DNA of 64,000 nucleotides from a virus (Duplodnaviria; Caudoviricetes): IMG/VR virus record IMGVR_UViG_2811994991_000003, positions 4,601 to 68,600 of that record; one strand, 5' to 3'. Shown piece by piece: positions 62,206 to 64,000 of this stretch (position 1 is its first letter; each line of letters starts with the position of its first letter). The notes under the pieces were generated by a model. It saw only the letters and a program-made list of their open reading frames with translations, ran no database searches and was not told where the DNA came from. The position numbers and the translations under genes were made by a program.

Positions 62206-62290
62206 ACCCACAGTAATAGAGCGAAGAGGCTGAAAATATTGGCTGGATGGCGGTAAAAAACGGGGAAAATGGCCTAAGGCGCGTGCCCGG

Positions 62291-62743
62291 TTAAACAGGT
62301 TTTACAAACAGCGCGCGCTCGGCTTCACGCCGTCTTGTCAGCCCGGCAAGCACTTTACCGCCCGCTTTGTTCCAGCGCAGAAACTGATCTGCCGCCTGCG
62401 CGTACTCCCCCTGGTTGAGCAGTTTAAGCAGTGTCGAACTCTGCAAATTGCCAGCGCCGAGGTTAAAGGTGAACGCTACCAGCGCATCAAACTGGTTCTG
62501 ATTGAGATCCACCGTCACCGCTTTGTGTACCCCGCGTTCGGTCATTAACAGATCGGTGCGAAGCAGCGCTTCGGCCTCGGCTTCGGTAATCGCGTGCGGA
62601 AATTTTTCATCCGGTAAGATCAAATGTCCGTAACCAATCGTCCATTTCCCGACGGCATCTTTGTATTTTTCCAGCCTAAGTCCTTCAAAAGATTTAATTA
62701 GCGCCAGGCCGCCAGCGCCTGTACTTTGCGGTTGATTCGCCAT
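62291..62743 (-). CDS. GH24 lysozyme (paralogue 2)
   Basis: 150 aa from MANQPQSTG with CAGGAG RBS; catalytic triad intact. Confidence 0.95.
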   Translation of the reverse strand: MANQPQSTGAGGLALIKSFEGLRLEKYKDAVGKWTIGYGHLILPDEKFPHAITEAEAEALLRTDLLMTERGVHKAVTVDLNQNQFDALVAFTFNLGAGNLQSSTLLKLLNQGEYAQAADQFLRWNKAGGKVLAGLTRRREAERALFVKPV

Positions 62744-62977
62744 GGTAGTTGCTCCTGGTTTGAGGTGGGTACTGCACCTTTTGAGGATGGTTCGGACACA
62801 TCGTGTTGCAAAGTCACCGCGCCAAAATAGCCGTATGGAAAATCCGAAAATAGCGGCCTGCGGCGTGCCATAGACCGCCATACATTAACGAAACGGGCGG
62901 TATGCACACCCACAGACTGCCGCATAGCGTGCAGATGCCCTACACTTCATGCGTCTCCCTCTAAATCAAAGGAATCC

Positions 62978-64000
62978 ATGATGAGCATCATTAAAAGCTA
63001 CGCCGCACCGCAGGCTGGTGCCGCGCTCGAATTGCAGGAATACGACGCTGGCCCGCTGGCGGCGGAAGATGTGGAAGTACAGGTGGATTACTGCGGGATC
63101 TGCCATTCGGATCTCTCCATGATCGATAACGAATGGGGTTTCTCCCAGTATCCGCTGGTCGCCGGGCATGAAGTGATTGGCCGCGTGGTGGATCTGGGCA
63201 GCGCGGCACAAAACAAAGGGCTGAAAATCGGCCAACGTGTGGGCATCGGCTGGACAGCGCGCAGCTGTGGTCATTGTGATGCCTGTATTGATGGCAACCA
63301 GATCAACTGCCAGCAAGGTGCGGTACCAACCATTCTCAATCGCGGTGGCTTTGCCGATAAACTGCGCGCCGACTGGCAATGGGTGATCCCGCTGCCGGAC
63401 AGCATTGATATCGAAACCGCCGGCCCGCTGCTCTGCGGCGGCATTACCGTGTTTAAACCGCTGCTGATGCACAACATCACCGCCACCAGCCGCGTTGGCG
63501 TGATCGGTATCGGTGGGCTGGGCCATATCGCCATTAAACTGCTGCACGCGATGGGCTGCGAAGTAACGGCGTTTAGCTCGAACCCGGCGAAAGAGGCAGA
63601 AGTGCGCATTATGGGTGCCGATTACGTGGTGAACAGCCGTGATGCGGATGCGCTGAAAGCCCTGGCGGGTCAGTACGATCTGATCATCAACACGGTAAAT
63701 GTTGATCTGAACTGGCAGCCCTACTTTGAGGCGCTGACGCACGGCGGGCATTTCCACACCGTTGGTGCAGTGCTGAAACCGCTCGAAGTCCCGGCCTTTA
63801 CGCTGATCGCAGGCGATCGCAGCGTTTCCGGCTCCGCAACCGGCACACCGTATGAACTACGTAAGTTGATGAAGTTCGCCGGACGCGCGAAAGTGGCACC
63901 GACCACGGAAATGTTCCCAATGTCGCAGATTAACGAAGCATTGCAGCACGTACGCGACGGCAAAGCCCGTTACCGCGTGGTGTTAAAAGCGGATTTCTGA
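62978..64000 (+). CDS. ahr: NADPH-dependent aldehyde reductase (Zn-ADH family)
   Basis: CGICHSD, GHEVIG, GIGGLGH; neighbour of leuX as in E. coli. Confidence 0.93.
   Translation: MMSIIKSYAAPQAGAALELQEYDAGPLAAEDVEVQVDYCGICHSDLSMIDNEWGFSQYPLVAGHEVIGRVVDLGSAAQNKGLKIGQRVGIGWTARSCGHCDACIDGNQINCQQGAVPTILNRGGFADKLRADWQWVIPLPDSIDIETAGPLLCGGITVFKPLLMHNITATSRVGVIGIGGLGHIAIKLLHAMGCEVTAFSSNPAKEAEVRIMGADYVVNSRDADALKALAGQYDLIINTVNVDLNWQPYFEALTHGGHFHTVGAVLKPLEVPAFTLIAGDRSVSGSATGTPYELRKLMKFAGRAKVAPTTEMFPMSQINEALQHVRDGKARYRVVLKADF

Noticed and set aside
62160-62220. Known riboswitch (e.g. c-di-GMP)
   Set aside because: I could not recognise the consensus of any known class; kept only as an unexplained structure
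58962-62743. Decayed prophage lysis cassette
   Set aside because: All ORFs look intact; no spanin, structural, integrase or att remnants; gene content is not phage-like
62966-63757. 263-aa minus-strand ORF
   Set aside because: Antisense shadow of ahr

Overview
Enterobacterial chromosome segment made mostly of stacked mobile elements next to tRNA-Leu(CAA) (leuX) and ahr. (1) 1-28167: a 186/P2-like prophage whose tape measure gene is cut by the window edge. It has an intact 19-bp cos, a LexA-controlled Tum and an att core in the 3' half of a CAT-anticodon tRNA. It carries three accessory inserts: an HNH protein, a ParB/HEPN + Dam pair resembling PD-lambda-5, and an AbiTii-like protein. (2) 28433-32428: IS3-family debris, including an IS911-like element and a truncated GmrSD-like gene. 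(3) 32582-44243: a leuX-type island encoding an HTH regulator, a SNF2 helicase, type III Mod and Res, and a P4-family integrase. (4) 44244-56948: a P4-like satellite with a cos identical to that of the neighbouring prophage. It has gop-beta-cII, sid and a single-domain delta but no psu, plus a second cargo site with a UDG-fold protein and a GH19 lysozyme with a periplasmic partner. (5) 57580-62743: an integrase-free cluster between leuX and ahr. It encodes a LuxR regulator, a secreted RNase A-like nuclease, two holin-like proteins, a catalytically dead secreted barnase homologue, two paralogous lysozymes flanking two DUF2589-like proteins, and a shared upstream palindrome. Cluster 5 is the best candidate for an undescribed system, probably holin/endolysin-mediated export. 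All family assignments come from motif recognition by eye; no searches were run.
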